Source of the DNA: Candidatus Latescibacterota bacterium | GTDB taxonomy: Bacteria > Latescibacterota > UBA2968 > SICM01 | Direction: 5' to 3' | NCBI GenBank assembly: GCA_965217865.1 | Contig: CBDCJO010000002.1 | Location: 1,280,001-1,344,000, forward strand | Length of the DNA stretch: 64,000 bases | Part shown: one piece after another, positions 30,075-40,553 of the stretch | How positions within the stretch are numbered: the stretch's first letter is position 1 | Layout: each line of letters starts with the position of its first letter | Made by a program: the position numbers and the translations under genes | Notes under the pieces: generated by a model | What the model saw: only the letters and a program-made list of their open reading frames with translations | Told to the model about the DNA's origin: nothing | Database searches by the model: none

Positions 30075-31115
30075 ATGGGAAAAAATCGTATTGATTTATG
30101 TAGCGATACCCTCTCAAAGCCCACCCCGGAGATGCGCCGATTTATGTGCGATGCCGAGGTGGGTGATGAGCAGAGGGGGGAAGATCCGACCACGAATGAA
30201 CTCCAACACACGGTTTGTGAACTGTTGGGAAAAGAGGCATCCGTCTTTCTCCCGTCGGGAACGATGTGCAATCAGGTGGCCTTTGCGGTCCATTGCCGCG
30301 CCGGTGATCTGATCCTCCTGGAACGTGGGGCCCATCCCCTTATCGCAGAAGGAGCGGGCTCAGCGGTTATCACCGGCGCCGCAATGTATCCCATCGATGG
30401 TCACGGCGGTATGTTCACAGCCGATCAGGTCAAGGAGGCCATCTGGTTGTCCACCCGCCACCGGCCCCCATTCCGGCTGGTATCCGTTGAGCAGACCACC
30501 AACCTCGGGGGAGGTCGCGTCTGGCCGCTGGCTCAGATCCGTGAGGTGTGTAACGCCGCCAAAGACTGCGGCGCATCCACCCACATGGATGGAGCCCGGT
30601 TGCTGAACGCCGTTGTAGCGTCCGGGACGTCCGCCAAGGAATTTGCAGCCACTTTCGACTCGGTCTGGATCGATCTGAGCAAGGGACTCGGGGCCCCTGT
30701 GGGCGGTGTTCTTGCCGGATCAGCAGAGTTTATCGACAAAGCCTGGGGATGGAAGCACAGGCTTGGAGGTGCCATGCGACAATCGGGCATCATCGGCGCG
30801 GCCGGTATCTATGCCCTGCGTCACCACGTCGACAGGATGGCAGAAGACCATGAAAATGCAAAGATGTTTGCCAGCGAAATTTCTCGTTGTCCGAACATCG
30901 GCCTGAACCACGAGGTGGAGACGAATATCATCAGATTCGATGTCGGGAAAACAGGCCTTTCCGCACAGGCATTCGTCGATCATCTCCTTGAAAAAGGAGT
31001 CTGGCTGAGTGTACACGGCCGAACCACCTGCCGCGCCGTCACCCACATCGGGACCTCTCGCGAAGATGTTGAAGAGGCTGCCAAAACGATCCGTGAATTT
31101 GGTGAACGAACCTAA
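30075..31115 (+). CDS. ltaE: Low-specificity L-threonine aldolase
   Basis: DLCSDT, SGTMCNQ, HMDGARL, LSKGLGAPVG and GGAMRQSG. Confidence 0.88.
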   Translation: MGKNRIDLCSDTLSKPTPEMRRFMCDAEVGDEQRGEDPTTNELQHTVCELLGKEASVFLPSGTMCNQVAFAVHCRAGDLILLERGAHPLIAEGAGSAVITGAAMYPIDGHGGMFTADQVKEAIWLSTRHRPPFRLVSVEQTTNLGGGRVWPLAQIREVCNAAKDCGASTHMDGARLLNAVVASGTSAKEFAATFDSVWIDLSKGLGAPVGGVLAGSAEFIDKAWGWKHRLGGAMRQSGIIGAAGIYALRHHVDRMAEDHENAKMFASEISRCPNIGLNHEVETNIIRFDVGKTGLSAQAFVDHLLEKGVWLSVHGRTTCRAVTHIGTSREDVEEAAKTIREFGERT

Positions 31116-31153
31116 AACCATAGATCGGAGAAACCCGATTCCAATCTGTGTCG

Positions 31154-31187
31154 AAGGCGCGATTCCGAAACCCGCGCCTTTATTTTT
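31154..31187 (+). terminator. Intrinsic terminator after ltaE
   Basis: AAGGCGCG-loop-CGCGCCTT followed by TATTTTT. Confidence 0.6.
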
Positions 31188-31323
31188 GTCGATGTTCAAC
31201 CCTCCAGTTTTCTGACTGCCGATCCCCCGCTTATGATAAACCTTGTATGATCCGTGATGAATGCCATCTTAACCGCGGACTCTCCGCTGAAACTGGCCGT
31301 TTTGAATTGAAAAAGGAGGATCA

Positions 31324-31635
31324 ATGGTCACAATCGGGCTGTACTATCAGGTTTACGAAGACAAAATATCTATTTTCGAAGAAAAATTTCAGGAAGTTCT
31401 CAAGGCGATGCAGGGACTGAAGGGTCATCTGGACAGCAGTCTATATCGGAAGGTGGACGATCCGGGTGCCTATGCAATTCTCAGCGAGTGGGACAGTCAG
31501 GACGACTTTACCGCCTTCATCACCAGCGAGACATTCCGGGGCGTCACGCGCTGGGGCATGGAGGGCATCCTCAAAGGCAGACCCCGTCACAAGGTTTATC
31601 CCCGGTCGGATGATCTTGCCCGTCCTGCCCACTAG
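31324..31635 (+). CDS. Antibiotic biosynthesis monooxygenase (ABM) family protein
   Basis: 103 aa with YAILSEW and GRPRHKVY; AGGAGG RBS. Confidence 0.82.
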   Translation: MVTIGLYYQVYEDKISIFEEKFQEVLKAMQGLKGHLDSSLYRKVDDPGAYAILSEWDSQDDFTAFITSETFRGVTRWGMEGILKGRPRHKVYPRSDDLARPAH

Positions 31636-31830
31636 CAAAGAATTATAATCTAAGGAACACGTCACAAATGCTGGGTCGAGGCGAATGGTTCGGTTCTCAT
31701 ATTCATCGTGTATGCATCCGTGGGTTTAAACAGAGAAACGACTTTGCCTCGATATGCAAAGCCGCCTTTTCCTCGGTTTAAGCAATTTCGGGTTTCGAAC
31801 TCGATTCTGTATCCCTAGAACCCTCCCGCT

Positions 31831-32241
31831 TTACACCTCCTTCAATCGCTCGAGGAGTTTCACGGCCTCATGGATGTCCCCGGCCTGATCCTCTGAATAC
31901 TCCCGCTCGATCGTCAAGGGTCCATCATAACCGATTTCTTTGAGGGTTCGGACAAAATCATCCATCCTCACATCCCCTTCGCCCAGTGGGCAGTCTTCAT
32001 ACCACTTCTGACTCGGGTCCCTGGTCTTTTTGGCGTCTTTACAATGGACACTCTTGACATAAATCCCCACCTTTTTCAAGGCCTCAATCGGTTCGCCCGC
32101 GTTGTAAAGAATCATGTTCGCAGGGTCGAAGTTGATAGCAAGGTTTTCCCTCCCCACGGCCTGGATGAATCGAATCAGGGCTTCAACTGTCTCTTGTCCT
32201 GTCTCAAGGTGAAACCCCTGGCCGTTATCCCGACAATGGTC
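31831..32241 (-). pseudogene. 3' fragment of a sugar phosphate isomerase/epimerase (AP endonuclease 2 TIM barrel)
   Basis: DHCRDNGQGFHLETGQE...NFDPANM...HCKD...GPLTIERE; the N-terminal half is absent. Confidence 0.8.
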
Positions 32242-32483
32242 GCGGGATTTGCCACATCCACATTGTAAGTGATATCCAGCGGACCTCCGAGGAAAAGCTT
32301 ATTGTCGTCCGAGTAGTTGGTGAAGGTCATCTTGATATCCATCGAAAGCGCGGTGGAAGTGGCATCGAAGTGCCCCACGGCCTTCACATTCCCCGATGAC
32401 GATCCGTTCACCGTAAGGTCCACGGCCTTGGCAAGGGGGGATGCCACCGGCTTGCTCGCGGCGTTCTGAAACACCGCCCCTAT

Positions 32484-34009
32484 CAGCCCGTTGAAGAACT
32501 ACCTTTCAACGCACATAAACGGAAAAGACGCCTGGAGTGCGGGTCAGATAAATCAAGGTAAGGAGATTGAGCAGGAGACGCTGATAAGAGGTTAAAAAGG
32601 TGACCGAGGGCAGCAAACGTGATTGTAGGACGAGCAGTAGACGCTGCAAGGCCTTGGCCAGGTCCTGGAGGGCCTTCGGAGTACCTACGCCCATCACTTT
32701 GCGCATGAGCAGAGCCAGGTTGCAGCCCCCGATGTGGATCAGCAAACGCTTGAGGATATTGCCGCGGTCTCTCAAGTGCAACCTGCGCATGCCACCGGTA
32801 TCATATGTGTGAGCGATGGTTCTTTCCACCCGTTCTGCACGACTTCGGCGCAAGGCCTTGCCGCGATCTCCCTTGATCCGGCGTCGATTCGCATATACCG
32901 CGGCCTGCTCATCTCGTCGGCCGTTCCACTTGCGGCGTCCCCGATCCGGTTCTGAAATGTAACTCCGGATGCCGCCTTGCTTCAGACTGGTCAATACATC
33001 GTTGCTATGATATCCTTTGTCCGCAACCACCTCCCGTATACGCTGTCTGTGCAAACGTTTGGCAGCTTTTTCGTCCTTCGCGACCTGCTTGAGATTGAGC
33101 TGCGCCTCGAGCAGCGTCCAGGGCAACGACTCGGTATCTCCTTCATCTGCTCCCGACAACGCCACTGCCACAATGGCATTGGTGTCCAGATCCACCGCGT
33201 GCTCCACCTTGTGCGCCATGTGCGTGCGACCGTCCTTCATCTTAGCGATCTTGGCATCCGGGTCGTGCGGGTGCTCCCAGTCCTGGTTCGATCCCTTCTT
33301 CGGTCGCTTCTTATCGATCTTGGACAAGTCCTCGCGGGTAGGCGTTTCAATGCCCGAGGCCTTGGCCAGATTCTCAAGGAATGCCTGGTAGCCTTCACCC
33401 GTGTCACGGCGTACAATGCTGCGCATCGCGGCGTTGGCCTCCAGTGTCGTAGCATCCACGCCCAACGTCTTCCCCTTCACCAGACCCGCTTTGCACAAGA
33501 CCCTCAGGATCCACTTGAAAACCGCTTCGTGAACTTCCAAGGGAAGCCGATGCCGGATGCGAGACAGGCTGGAATGATCCGGGGTCTGTTCGTCAAGGGC
33601 ATACCCCAAAAACCGGCGCAACGTCAGCGAGTCAGATACACGCCATTCGATCCCACGTTCCGAATCAAGTCCCTCGAAATACCCAATCAAAAGCATCCGA
33701 AAATAAACCCCGGGCGGAATGCCCTTGCGACCCATATGAGGAGCGTAATACCGCTGGCAAAGCCCCTCGACGAACTCGTCGAAGCCGTTCGCCCCCAATA
33801 CCTGATTCAGCTTCTCGTAGAACGGATGACCCGGAGATTTCACCAAAGTGTTCGATGCGATGAACAGGTTTTCCTGTCTCTGTCGGCCTCGTTTTCCCAT
33901 TGCCATTTGCTCGTCCTCCCTTCTCAGTTTGAACCTGATATATCATAGGACCAAACCACAAGGAAAGACAACAGTCATCTTGGCATAAACGCACTTTTTC
34001 AACAGGCTG
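32484..34009 (-). mobile_element. IS copy 3 (1526 bp)
   Basis: Same inverted repeats; CTAT duplicated at 32480-32483 and 34010-34013. Confidence 0.95.
32506..33906 (-). CDS. DDE transposase
   Basis: 466 aa, same element. Confidence 0.95.
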   Translation of the reverse strand: MAMGKRGRQRQENLFIASNTLVKSPGHPFYEKLNQVLGANGFDEFVEGLCQRYYAPHMGRKGIPPGVYFRMLLIGYFEGLDSERGIEWRVSDSLTLRRFLGYALDEQTPDHSSLSRIRHRLPLEVHEAVFKWILRVLCKAGLVKGKTLGVDATTLEANAAMRSIVRRDTGEGYQAFLENLAKASGIETPTREDLSKIDKKRPKKGSNQDWEHPHDPDAKIAKMKDGRTHMAHKVEHAVDLDTNAIVAVALSGADEGDTESLPWTLLEAQLNLKQVAKDEKAAKRLHRQRIREVVADKGYHSNDVLTSLKQGGIRSYISEPDRGRRKWNGRRDEQAAVYANRRRIKGDRGKALRRSRAERVERTIAHTYDTGGMRRLHLRDRGNILKRLLIHIGGCNLALLMRKVMGVGTPKALQDLAKALQRLLLVLQSRLLPSVTFLTSYQRLLLNLLTLIYLTRTPGVFSVYVR

Positions 34010-34554
34010 CTATGGCACTTGAAATCGTAGCATTGACTCTACCGAAAACGGTGCCCCCGTTCTCAGCACTGATGGTCGTATTAGCAAGATCAGTCCCCCC
34101 TGTAGGGGCCCCCCCTATGTTTTCGTCGTCCTTTTTATCACCGCACCCCACACTTAACAAAACCAGGATAGCCAGTCCTCCGATCACGTTCCGAAGAGAG
34201 AACTGATTTTTGATTTTGTTCACGTTCCATCCTCCTGATCCCGACAGGTTCCAAGCCTTTCCCCCGAACGATCTCCCGCCATTCGATTTTCTCAAGAAAT
34301 CCGGAATAAAATAGAATATATCACACGCGGTGATACCCCGCAACGGATAAATGTGGGTGGGAATAACATTCATGTTCCGTACAAATCGGGCTCGCGGGAC
34401 AAAAATCTGGTGTAAATTTTCGCGTTAGGTCCGTCTGGCGTTTCTTTTCTTGTATTTTCAAACCCGATTTTCTATTATTTATCCGATCTAAATTTCGTAG
34501 TTTGGTTATTTGTTCCTACCTTCCCGGTCGCCGGGCCCTCCCTATTCTCTCAAT

Positions 34555-36018
34555 ATGGAAAACCGATACGTCAAGATCGGTTCCTTAAAGAACATAGAGG
34601 CTTTTCGTTCCCACATCTCCAGCCTCGGGCTCGGCCTGGAATGTGATGATTCCATCCTCCCGGGTCCGGAATCTCCTCTGGCAAATTCCTTTAACCTGAA
34701 CGGCTTTCGAATCGGAAATCGGTTTGCGATCCACCCTATGGAAGGTTGGGACGCGGGGGAGGATGGGAACCCGTCGCCCCCCCTGATTCGCAGGTGGGTT
34801 CGCTTTGGCCAGAGTGGAGCGAAACTGATCTGGGGAGGTGAGGCGGTGGCCGTGCGACACGAAGCCAGGGCGAATCCAAACCAGCTCTATTTCGGTGAAC
34901 ATACACGGGCTGGCCTCGCTCGGCTGTTCAATGTCCTATCGGATGCGCACCGCGAACGGTTTGGAAATACGGACGACCTGTTGGTGGGCCTCCAACTTAC
35001 GGATTCCGGGAGGTTCAGCAAACCGAATCGGAAAGACCGGATGGAACCCCGAGTCCTGTATCGCCACCCCATCCTGGACCGTAAATTTCACCTCTCTCAG
35101 GAGTGCCATGTACTCACCGACGGAGAGATCCGTGAGGTCATTTCCGACTACGTTCGCGCGGGGCGAGCGGCTCAAGAGATCGGCTTTCATTTTGTAGATA
35201 TAAAGCACTGCCACGGCTACCTCGGACACGAGTTCTTGAGCGCTCATACCCGGCGGGGCGATTTCGGCGGTCCATTCGATAACCGCACTCGCTTCCTTCA
35301 GGAGGTCGTTGCCGGCATCCGGTCAGAAGCCCCCGGCTTGATGATCGGGGTCCGATTAAGCGCCTTCGATTTGGTCCCCTACCGCCCGGATCCTGAGCTG
35401 ACCTCAGAGAACGGTCTGGGACCCGGAATTCCCGAAGACTATTCCGGTTGTCTCCCATATCGCTACGGGTTCGGGGTCAATGAAAGGGAGCCGGTGAAGA
35501 TCGACCTGACGGAAACCTACCGCTTCATGGACCTTCTTCGATCACTGAATATCGAACTGGTTAACATTACAGCCGGTAGCCCATACTACAATCCCCATAT
35601 TCAACGGCCTGCCTACTATCCCCCCTCCGACGGCTATCAACCTCCGGAAGACCCGCTGGTGGGCGTATGGCGGCAGATCGAAGTCACCAAACGAATTAAA
35701 TTCAAGTATCCCGACCTCCCTATTGTCGGAACCGGTTATTCTTACCTCCAGGAATATCTTCCCCACGTAGCTCAACACGTGGTCAGAGATGGTGGAGCCG
35801 ACTTCGTGGGAATTGGACGTATGGTGTTGAGCTATCACGATCTACCCCACGACACCCTAGCAAAGGGAACCCTGGACCTCCGGCGTCTATGTCGGACATT
35901 CAGCGACTGCACCACGGCACCCCGGAATGGCCTTCGGTCCGGATGTTACCCCCTGGACACCTACTACAAAAAATCTCCTGAAGCAAAAATCATTCGGACG
36001 GTTAAGAAAAAGATTTAA
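34555..36018 (+). CDS. NADH:flavin oxidoreductase (Old Yellow Enzyme family)
   Basis: HPMEGWD, DIKHCHGYLGHEFLSA, GGPFDNRTRF and FVGIGR. Confidence 0.9.
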   Translation: MENRYVKIGSLKNIEAFRSHISSLGLGLECDDSILPGPESPLANSFNLNGFRIGNRFAIHPMEGWDAGEDGNPSPPLIRRWVRFGQSGAKLIWGGEAVAVRHEARANPNQLYFGEHTRAGLARLFNVLSDAHRERFGNTDDLLVGLQLTDSGRFSKPNRKDRMEPRVLYRHPILDRKFHLSQECHVLTDGEIREVISDYVRAGRAAQEIGFHFVDIKHCHGYLGHEFLSAHTRRGDFGGPFDNRTRFLQEVVAGIRSEAPGLMIGVRLSAFDLVPYRPDPELTSENGLGPGIPEDYSGCLPYRYGFGVNEREPVKIDLTETYRFMDLLRSLNIELVNITAGSPYYNPHIQRPAYYPPSDGYQPPEDPLVGVWRQIEVTKRIKFKYPDLPIVGTGYSYLQEYLPHVAQHVVRDGGADFVGIGRMVLSYHDLPHDTLAKGTLDLRRLCRTFSDCTTAPRNGLRSGCYPLDTYYKKSPEAKIIRTVKKKI

Positions 36019-36066
36019 CCCCTGGATCAACCGCCGCTCATCCATCTCGTTGGGAGACCACCACCC

Positions 36067-36900
36067 ATGAAATTCGCCGCCTGTAACGAATTCTTTGAAG
36101 GATGGCCGATCGAACGGGTTTTCGACTACTGTAAGTCCATCGGATATGACGGCGTGGAGATCGCACCCTTCACCCTCGCAGAATCTGTCGATCAGATCAC
36201 GGCACATCGGAGGACGGAGATCCGTCGATCTGCGGAGGCCGCCGAGATCGAGATTGTCGGCTTGCATTGGCTTTTGGCCAGCCCGGACGGCCTGTATATC
36301 AACCATCCCGATCCTGGAATTCGGCGGCGGACACAGGACTACATAAAGGCCCTCATCCATTTCGGCGGGGATCTGGGGGCGAGGTTGATGATCCACGGAT
36401 CCCCAAAACAGCGGACCCTGCAAGAGGGGTGGAACCGGGAGGAATCGTGGAAATACACTGTGGATACTTTCGCAGCATGTATGGACGTGGCAAAGGAACG
36501 TGGGGTGACCTACTGCATCGAGGCACTAAGCCTAGCGAACACAAACTTCATCAACACCGTGGACGAATCCCTCGACATGGTACGAAAAATCGATCACCCT
36601 AATTTTCAGACGATGGTCGATTGTTGCAGCGGATCCACCGAGGATATTCCTCTTCCTGACCTTTTCCGGAAGGCCGGGGTTCGTATGAAACACGTTCACG
36701 TCAACGACCCGAACGGACGGGGGCCCGGATTCGGGGATCTGAAATTCGGCCTGGTCCTCAAGGCCCTTCGCGATCTCGAATACGAGGGCTACATATCTCT
36801 GGAAGTCTTCGACTTTTCACCAGACCCACAGACCATCGCATCTCGCAGTCTTGGCTACCTGAAAGGGCTCCTCGAAACCGGCCCTCATCCGCCCGAATGA
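36067..36900 (+). CDS. Sugar phosphate isomerase/epimerase (D-tagatose 3-epimerase-like)
   Basis: GYDGVEIAPF, CIEAL, HVHVND and SLEVFD. Confidence 0.85.
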   Translation: MKFAACNEFFEGWPIERVFDYCKSIGYDGVEIAPFTLAESVDQITAHRRTEIRRSAEAAEIEIVGLHWLLASPDGLYINHPDPGIRRRTQDYIKALIHFGGDLGARLMIHGSPKQRTLQEGWNREESWKYTVDTFAACMDVAKERGVTYCIEALSLANTNFINTVDESLDMVRKIDHPNFQTMVDCCSGSTEDIPLPDLFRKAGVRMKHVHVNDPNGRGPGFGDLKFGLVLKALRDLEYEGYISLEVFDFSPDPQTIASRSLGYLKGLLETGPHPPE

Positions 36901-36938
36901 CATTGGATCACCCAAACTCCATCATTGGAGGATTTTCA

Positions 36939-37508
36939 ATGACCCTTACAGAAGTGATTCTGTCAAGACGGACAATATTCAAATTCAAGCCGGATCCCGT
37001 TCCGAACGAGATCCTCGAGAAAATTTTGGCCTATGGCATCTGGGCACCTAACCATCACTTGACAGAACCATGGAGGTTTACCGTACTTGGGATAGAGACA
37101 AAACTCAAACTTGCCCAACGATATAAAGAAATCCAACTTTCCAAAGTTCCCCCCCACGTCGATGCGGAGAACCGGGAAAAAATAGGAGAAGCCGGTTATC
37201 GGAAGTTTATGTCTAAACCGACGGTTATTGCCGTGTCGTGTCTCCAGGAAGGAGACGAACAGCGTCGCAGGGAGGACTACGCGGCAACCTGTTGCGCCGT
37301 GCAGAACATACAGCTGGCCGCCTGGGATGCGGGTATCGGCATGCAATGGAGCACCGGACCGATCACCATGGAGCCATCTACCTATAGACTCTTGGACCTT
37401 GACCCGGAACGTCATTACATCATCGGGTTCTACTATATCGGTTACCCAAACGAGGTGCCCGGCCCCAAGAGAAAACCCCTGGGTGAGGTCATTCATTGGA
37501 CTACCTGA
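36939..37508 (+). CDS. Nitroreductase family protein
   Basis: SRRTI, WAPNHHLTEPWRF and QNIQLAAW; GGAGGA RBS. Confidence 0.88.
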   Translation: MTLTEVILSRRTIFKFKPDPVPNEILEKILAYGIWAPNHHLTEPWRFTVLGIETKLKLAQRYKEIQLSKVPPHVDAENREKIGEAGYRKFMSKPTVIAVSCLQEGDEQRRREDYAATCCAVQNIQLAAWDAGIGMQWSTGPITMEPSTYRLLDLDPERHYIIGFYYIGYPNEVPGPKRKPLGEVIHWTT

Positions 37509-38818
37509 ACACGCAAAATTTGGATCGAGCCCATATTTTCCACCCCTGGACAACACAGGGGCCTCAGGATCTTGTTCCCGTGATAGAGCGGGGTGAAGGA
37601 TGCTATTTCTGGGACACCCGGGGACGAAAATATCTCGATTTTCTGGCTCAGCTCTTCAACCTCAATCTGGGACACGGGAATCTCCGGGTGATCCACGCCA
37701 TTCAGCAGCAGGCTGAGAAGCTTTGTGCTTTAAATCCGACATTCACTTCCGAGCCCCGTGCAAAACTCGGGGAACTCCTGGCGGAGATCACCCCCGGTGA
37801 CCTGACAAAAACATTCCTCACCAACAGTGGGAGTGAAGCCAACGAGATGGCCTTTCAAATGGCCCGTATGGTTACAGGACGCCAGAAGATCCTCGCGCGA
37901 TATCGCTCATACCACGGGACGACCATCGGAACCTTCTCCGTGGGCGGCGATCCGCGACGGTTGAGTTCAGAGCCGGGTGTTCCCGGAACCGTGCGGTTTT
38001 TCGATCCATACTGCTACCGATGCGACTACGGGATGACCTTCCCGGAATGTGATCTCCACTGCATGCATAAGGTGGAGCAGATTGTTCAGTTCGAGGGCCC
38101 CGAATGCATCGCTGCGATCATTGTCGAACCCATCTCCGGTGCCAACGGATGTATCGTCCCCCCGGAAGGCTACCTGGGTGGTCTCCGAGAGATCTGCGAT
38201 CGCTACGGCATCCTTCTGATCGCCGATGAGGTCATCGATGGATTCGGCAGAACTGGCCGTTGGTTCGCGGTGGACCACTGGGACGTGGTCCCCGATATCC
38301 TGGTCTTCGCAAAAGGCATCACTTCGGGTTATGCGCCCATGGGTGGCGCCATTGTTCGAACTGCTGTCTCAGACCACTTCGAGGGGGAATACATGCCGAT
38401 GGGGTGTACCTACAATGGGCATCCCATCGCGTGCGCGGCTGCAGTGGCCGCTATATCGGAGTACCGTGAGCAGGACCTTCCTGCCCGCGCGGAGCGGATG
38501 GGAGAAATATTGATGGCCGGGCTTGAGGACCTTCAGAGCCGTCATCCGGTAATAGGAGAGATCCGTGGCAAGGGGCTTCTCACCTGCCTGGAACTCGTCG
38601 AAGACCGGAATACGCGGGAACCGATCGTCCCCTGGAATAGTCCTTCCCCACTGCCGGGGCGGATAAAATCCGCCCTTTTCGATCGAGGCATGCACGCATA
38701 CGTCCGCTGGAACATGGTCTTCCTGGCACCCCCACTGATCATCTCTGAGGAGGAGATCCAGGAAGGGATGGCCATCCTGGATGAGGTGCTCGCCAGGATC
38801 GAAGCCGGAACATTGTAA
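37496..38818 (+). CDS. Class III PLP-dependent aminotransferase
   Basis: SGSEANE, SYHG, LLIADEV..GFGRTG, FAKG and IRGKGL. Confidence 0.92.
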   Translation: MDYLNTQNLDRAHIFHPWTTQGPQDLVPVIERGEGCYFWDTRGRKYLDFLAQLFNLNLGHGNLRVIHAIQQQAEKLCALNPTFTSEPRAKLGELLAEITPGDLTKTFLTNSGSEANEMAFQMARMVTGRQKILARYRSYHGTTIGTFSVGGDPRRLSSEPGVPGTVRFFDPYCYRCDYGMTFPECDLHCMHKVEQIVQFEGPECIAAIIVEPISGANGCIVPPEGYLGGLREICDRYGILLIADEVIDGFGRTGRWFAVDHWDVVPDILVFAKGITSGYAPMGGAIVRTAVSDHFEGEYMPMGCTYNGHPIACAAAVAAISEYREQDLPARAERMGEILMAGLEDLQSRHPVIGEIRGKGLLTCLELVEDRNTREPIVPWNSPSPLPGRIKSALFDRGMHAYVRWNMVFLAPPLIISEEEIQEGMAILDEVLARIEAGTL

Positions 38819-38842
38819 CATCTCAATACACGGAATAATAAG

Positions 38843-39439
38843 GTGAGTGAAATGGACATTAAAATGTTCCTCAATCATGTTGTCGAGGTGACCAATGGTC
38901 TATCCGCCGGAGAGGTCAACTCCCTCGCTGATGCCATTGAGCGATGCTACACGGAAGGCAGGTTCGTCTTCATCATCGGCAACGGGGGGAGTGGTTCCAA
39001 TGCCTCCCACATGTGCGAGGACCTGGGCAAGGGAACCCTGAGCGACACGGAGGACCAGAAACGGTTGAAGGTTCTGAGCCTAACGGATAACACCCCTTAC
39101 ATCCTGGCCTGGGGAAACGATGAGGGTTACGAACGAATCTTCGTCGAACAGATCAAAAACCTGGCCTCCCCCGAGGACCTGCTCATAGCCATAAGCGGTT
39201 CCGGCAATAGCCCCAATATCTTGAGGGCCGTCGAATATGCCAATGAGATCGGCATGCAGACATTCGGGATGACGGGGTTCGACGGAGGTAAAGTCAAGGA
39301 ATTGTGCGGCCAAACCCTTCACGTCCGGATCCACGACATGGGCATCGTGGAGTCGATGCACACGGTTATTTTTCACTACCTGATTGTGGAACTCAAAGAG
39401 AGGTTCAAGAGGATTCATGAAATAGATACGGTTAAATGA
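38843..39439 (+). CDS. SIS-domain protein (GmhA-like phosphosugar isomerase)
   Basis: GNGGS, AWGND and ISGSGNSPN. Confidence 0.88.
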   Translation: MSEMDIKMFLNHVVEVTNGLSAGEVNSLADAIERCYTEGRFVFIIGNGGSGSNASHMCEDLGKGTLSDTEDQKRLKVLSLTDNTPYILAWGNDEGYERIFVEQIKNLASPEDLLIAISGSGNSPNILRAVEYANEIGMQTFGMTGFDGGKVKELCGQTLHVRIHDMGIVESMHTVIFHYLIVELKERFKRIHEIDTVK

Positions 39440-39529
39440 GTAAGGGCTCCGAACTCCTTCCATCTCTTCCCATAGTTCCATACATCCAATATGTTTCTCC
39501 TCTCCGGGGGAGGCTACGGGGGCGGGATC

Positions 39530-40516
39530 ATGAGCAGCTACGTGATGGGTGTCGAGATCGGCGGGACGAAGCTCCAGGCGGGTATCGGGTTTGAGGGAGA
39601 GAACCTGAGGGGTCTGGTCCGGGAGGCCGTCGATCCCGCTCAGGGCCCTAAGGCCATCCTCGCAGGGGTCGAATCCATCATCCCAAAACTCCTCAAAAAG
39701 ACAGGCCTGGACCTGTCGGATATTGGGGGTATCGGTGTCGGATTTGGCGGGCCTGTAGAAGCCAAAAAAGGTCTTATCCTCATCTCCCACCAGGTGGAGG
39801 GTTGGGGGGGGTTCGATCTTGGCGGATGGTTTGAGCAGACGTTCGGCATTCAGACTACAATCGAAAACGATTCAAGCGCCGCGGCTTTGGCGGAGGCCGT
39901 TCTTGGCGCGGGACAGGGGTACAGCCGTGTCTTCTACACGAACATCGGCAGCGGCGTGGGAGGCGGTTGGGTGGTGGATGGGGTCGTGGACAACGGGCAG
40001 GGAATCGGGGCCGCGGAGATCGGTCACACATACGTCTCTTTCGGGGGAACACCCCCCGATAAGGTGGAAGACATATGTTCCGGGTGGGCTATCGGGCGAC
40101 GGGCCCGGGCCGCTGTCGAGAAGAACCCCGAGTCCCTCATCCTGAAGCTCGCCTCGGGCAACCCCGACGCCATCTCCGCCGTCACGGTCGCTGATGCTGC
40201 CAAGCAAAGGGATCCACTCGCTCTTCGGCTCTTCGACGAAACCGGCCATGCCTTCGGGATCTCCCTTGCCAACTTAATCACCCTCCTTCATCCACAGGCC
40301 GTCGTTATCGGTGGAGGCGTATCTTTGGCCGGTGACCTTTTCCTCGATCGTGTCCGCGACTACGTAAAACACTATGTATTTCACCTCTATTCCGAATCCT
40401 ATCACATCGTCCCAGCCGCCCTTGGCGAGAAGGTGGTCGTCATCGGGGCTGCCCTGTTGGCCCGACAGATGACAGACGGCGGAAATCCAAGTAGATCACA
40501 ATTAACCGAATCCTGA
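39530..40516 (+). CDS. ROK family sugar kinase
   Basis: GVEIGGTK, ENDS, GSGVGGG and AEIGH. Confidence 0.9.
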   Translation: MSSYVMGVEIGGTKLQAGIGFEGENLRGLVREAVDPAQGPKAILAGVESIIPKLLKKTGLDLSDIGGIGVGFGGPVEAKKGLILISHQVEGWGGFDLGGWFEQTFGIQTTIENDSSAAALAEAVLGAGQGYSRVFYTNIGSGVGGGWVVDGVVDNGQGIGAAEIGHTYVSFGGTPPDKVEDICSGWAIGRRARAAVEKNPESLILKLASGNPDAISAVTVADAAKQRDPLALRLFDETGHAFGISLANLITLLHPQAVVIGGGVSLAGDLFLDRVRDYVKHYVFHLYSESYHIVPAALGEKVVVIGAALLARQMTDGGNPSRSQLTES

Positions 40517-40553
40517 ATTCCGCCCCCCTATATCCCTTCTTGAATGACCTCCC

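Larger units (their letters stand above)
32242..34223 (-). pseudogene. Lipoprotein gene split by IS copy 3 and 3'-truncated
   Basis: GGAGG RBS, GTG 34223 and lipobox SVG-C; SSAI|GAVFQN rejoins in frame across CTAT. Confidence 0.78.

Noticed and set aside
31252-31300. Fluoride-riboswitch-like AACCGC...GCTGA segment
   Set aside because: The P1 stem and pseudoknot consensus are not matched, and the downstream gene is not fluoride-related.
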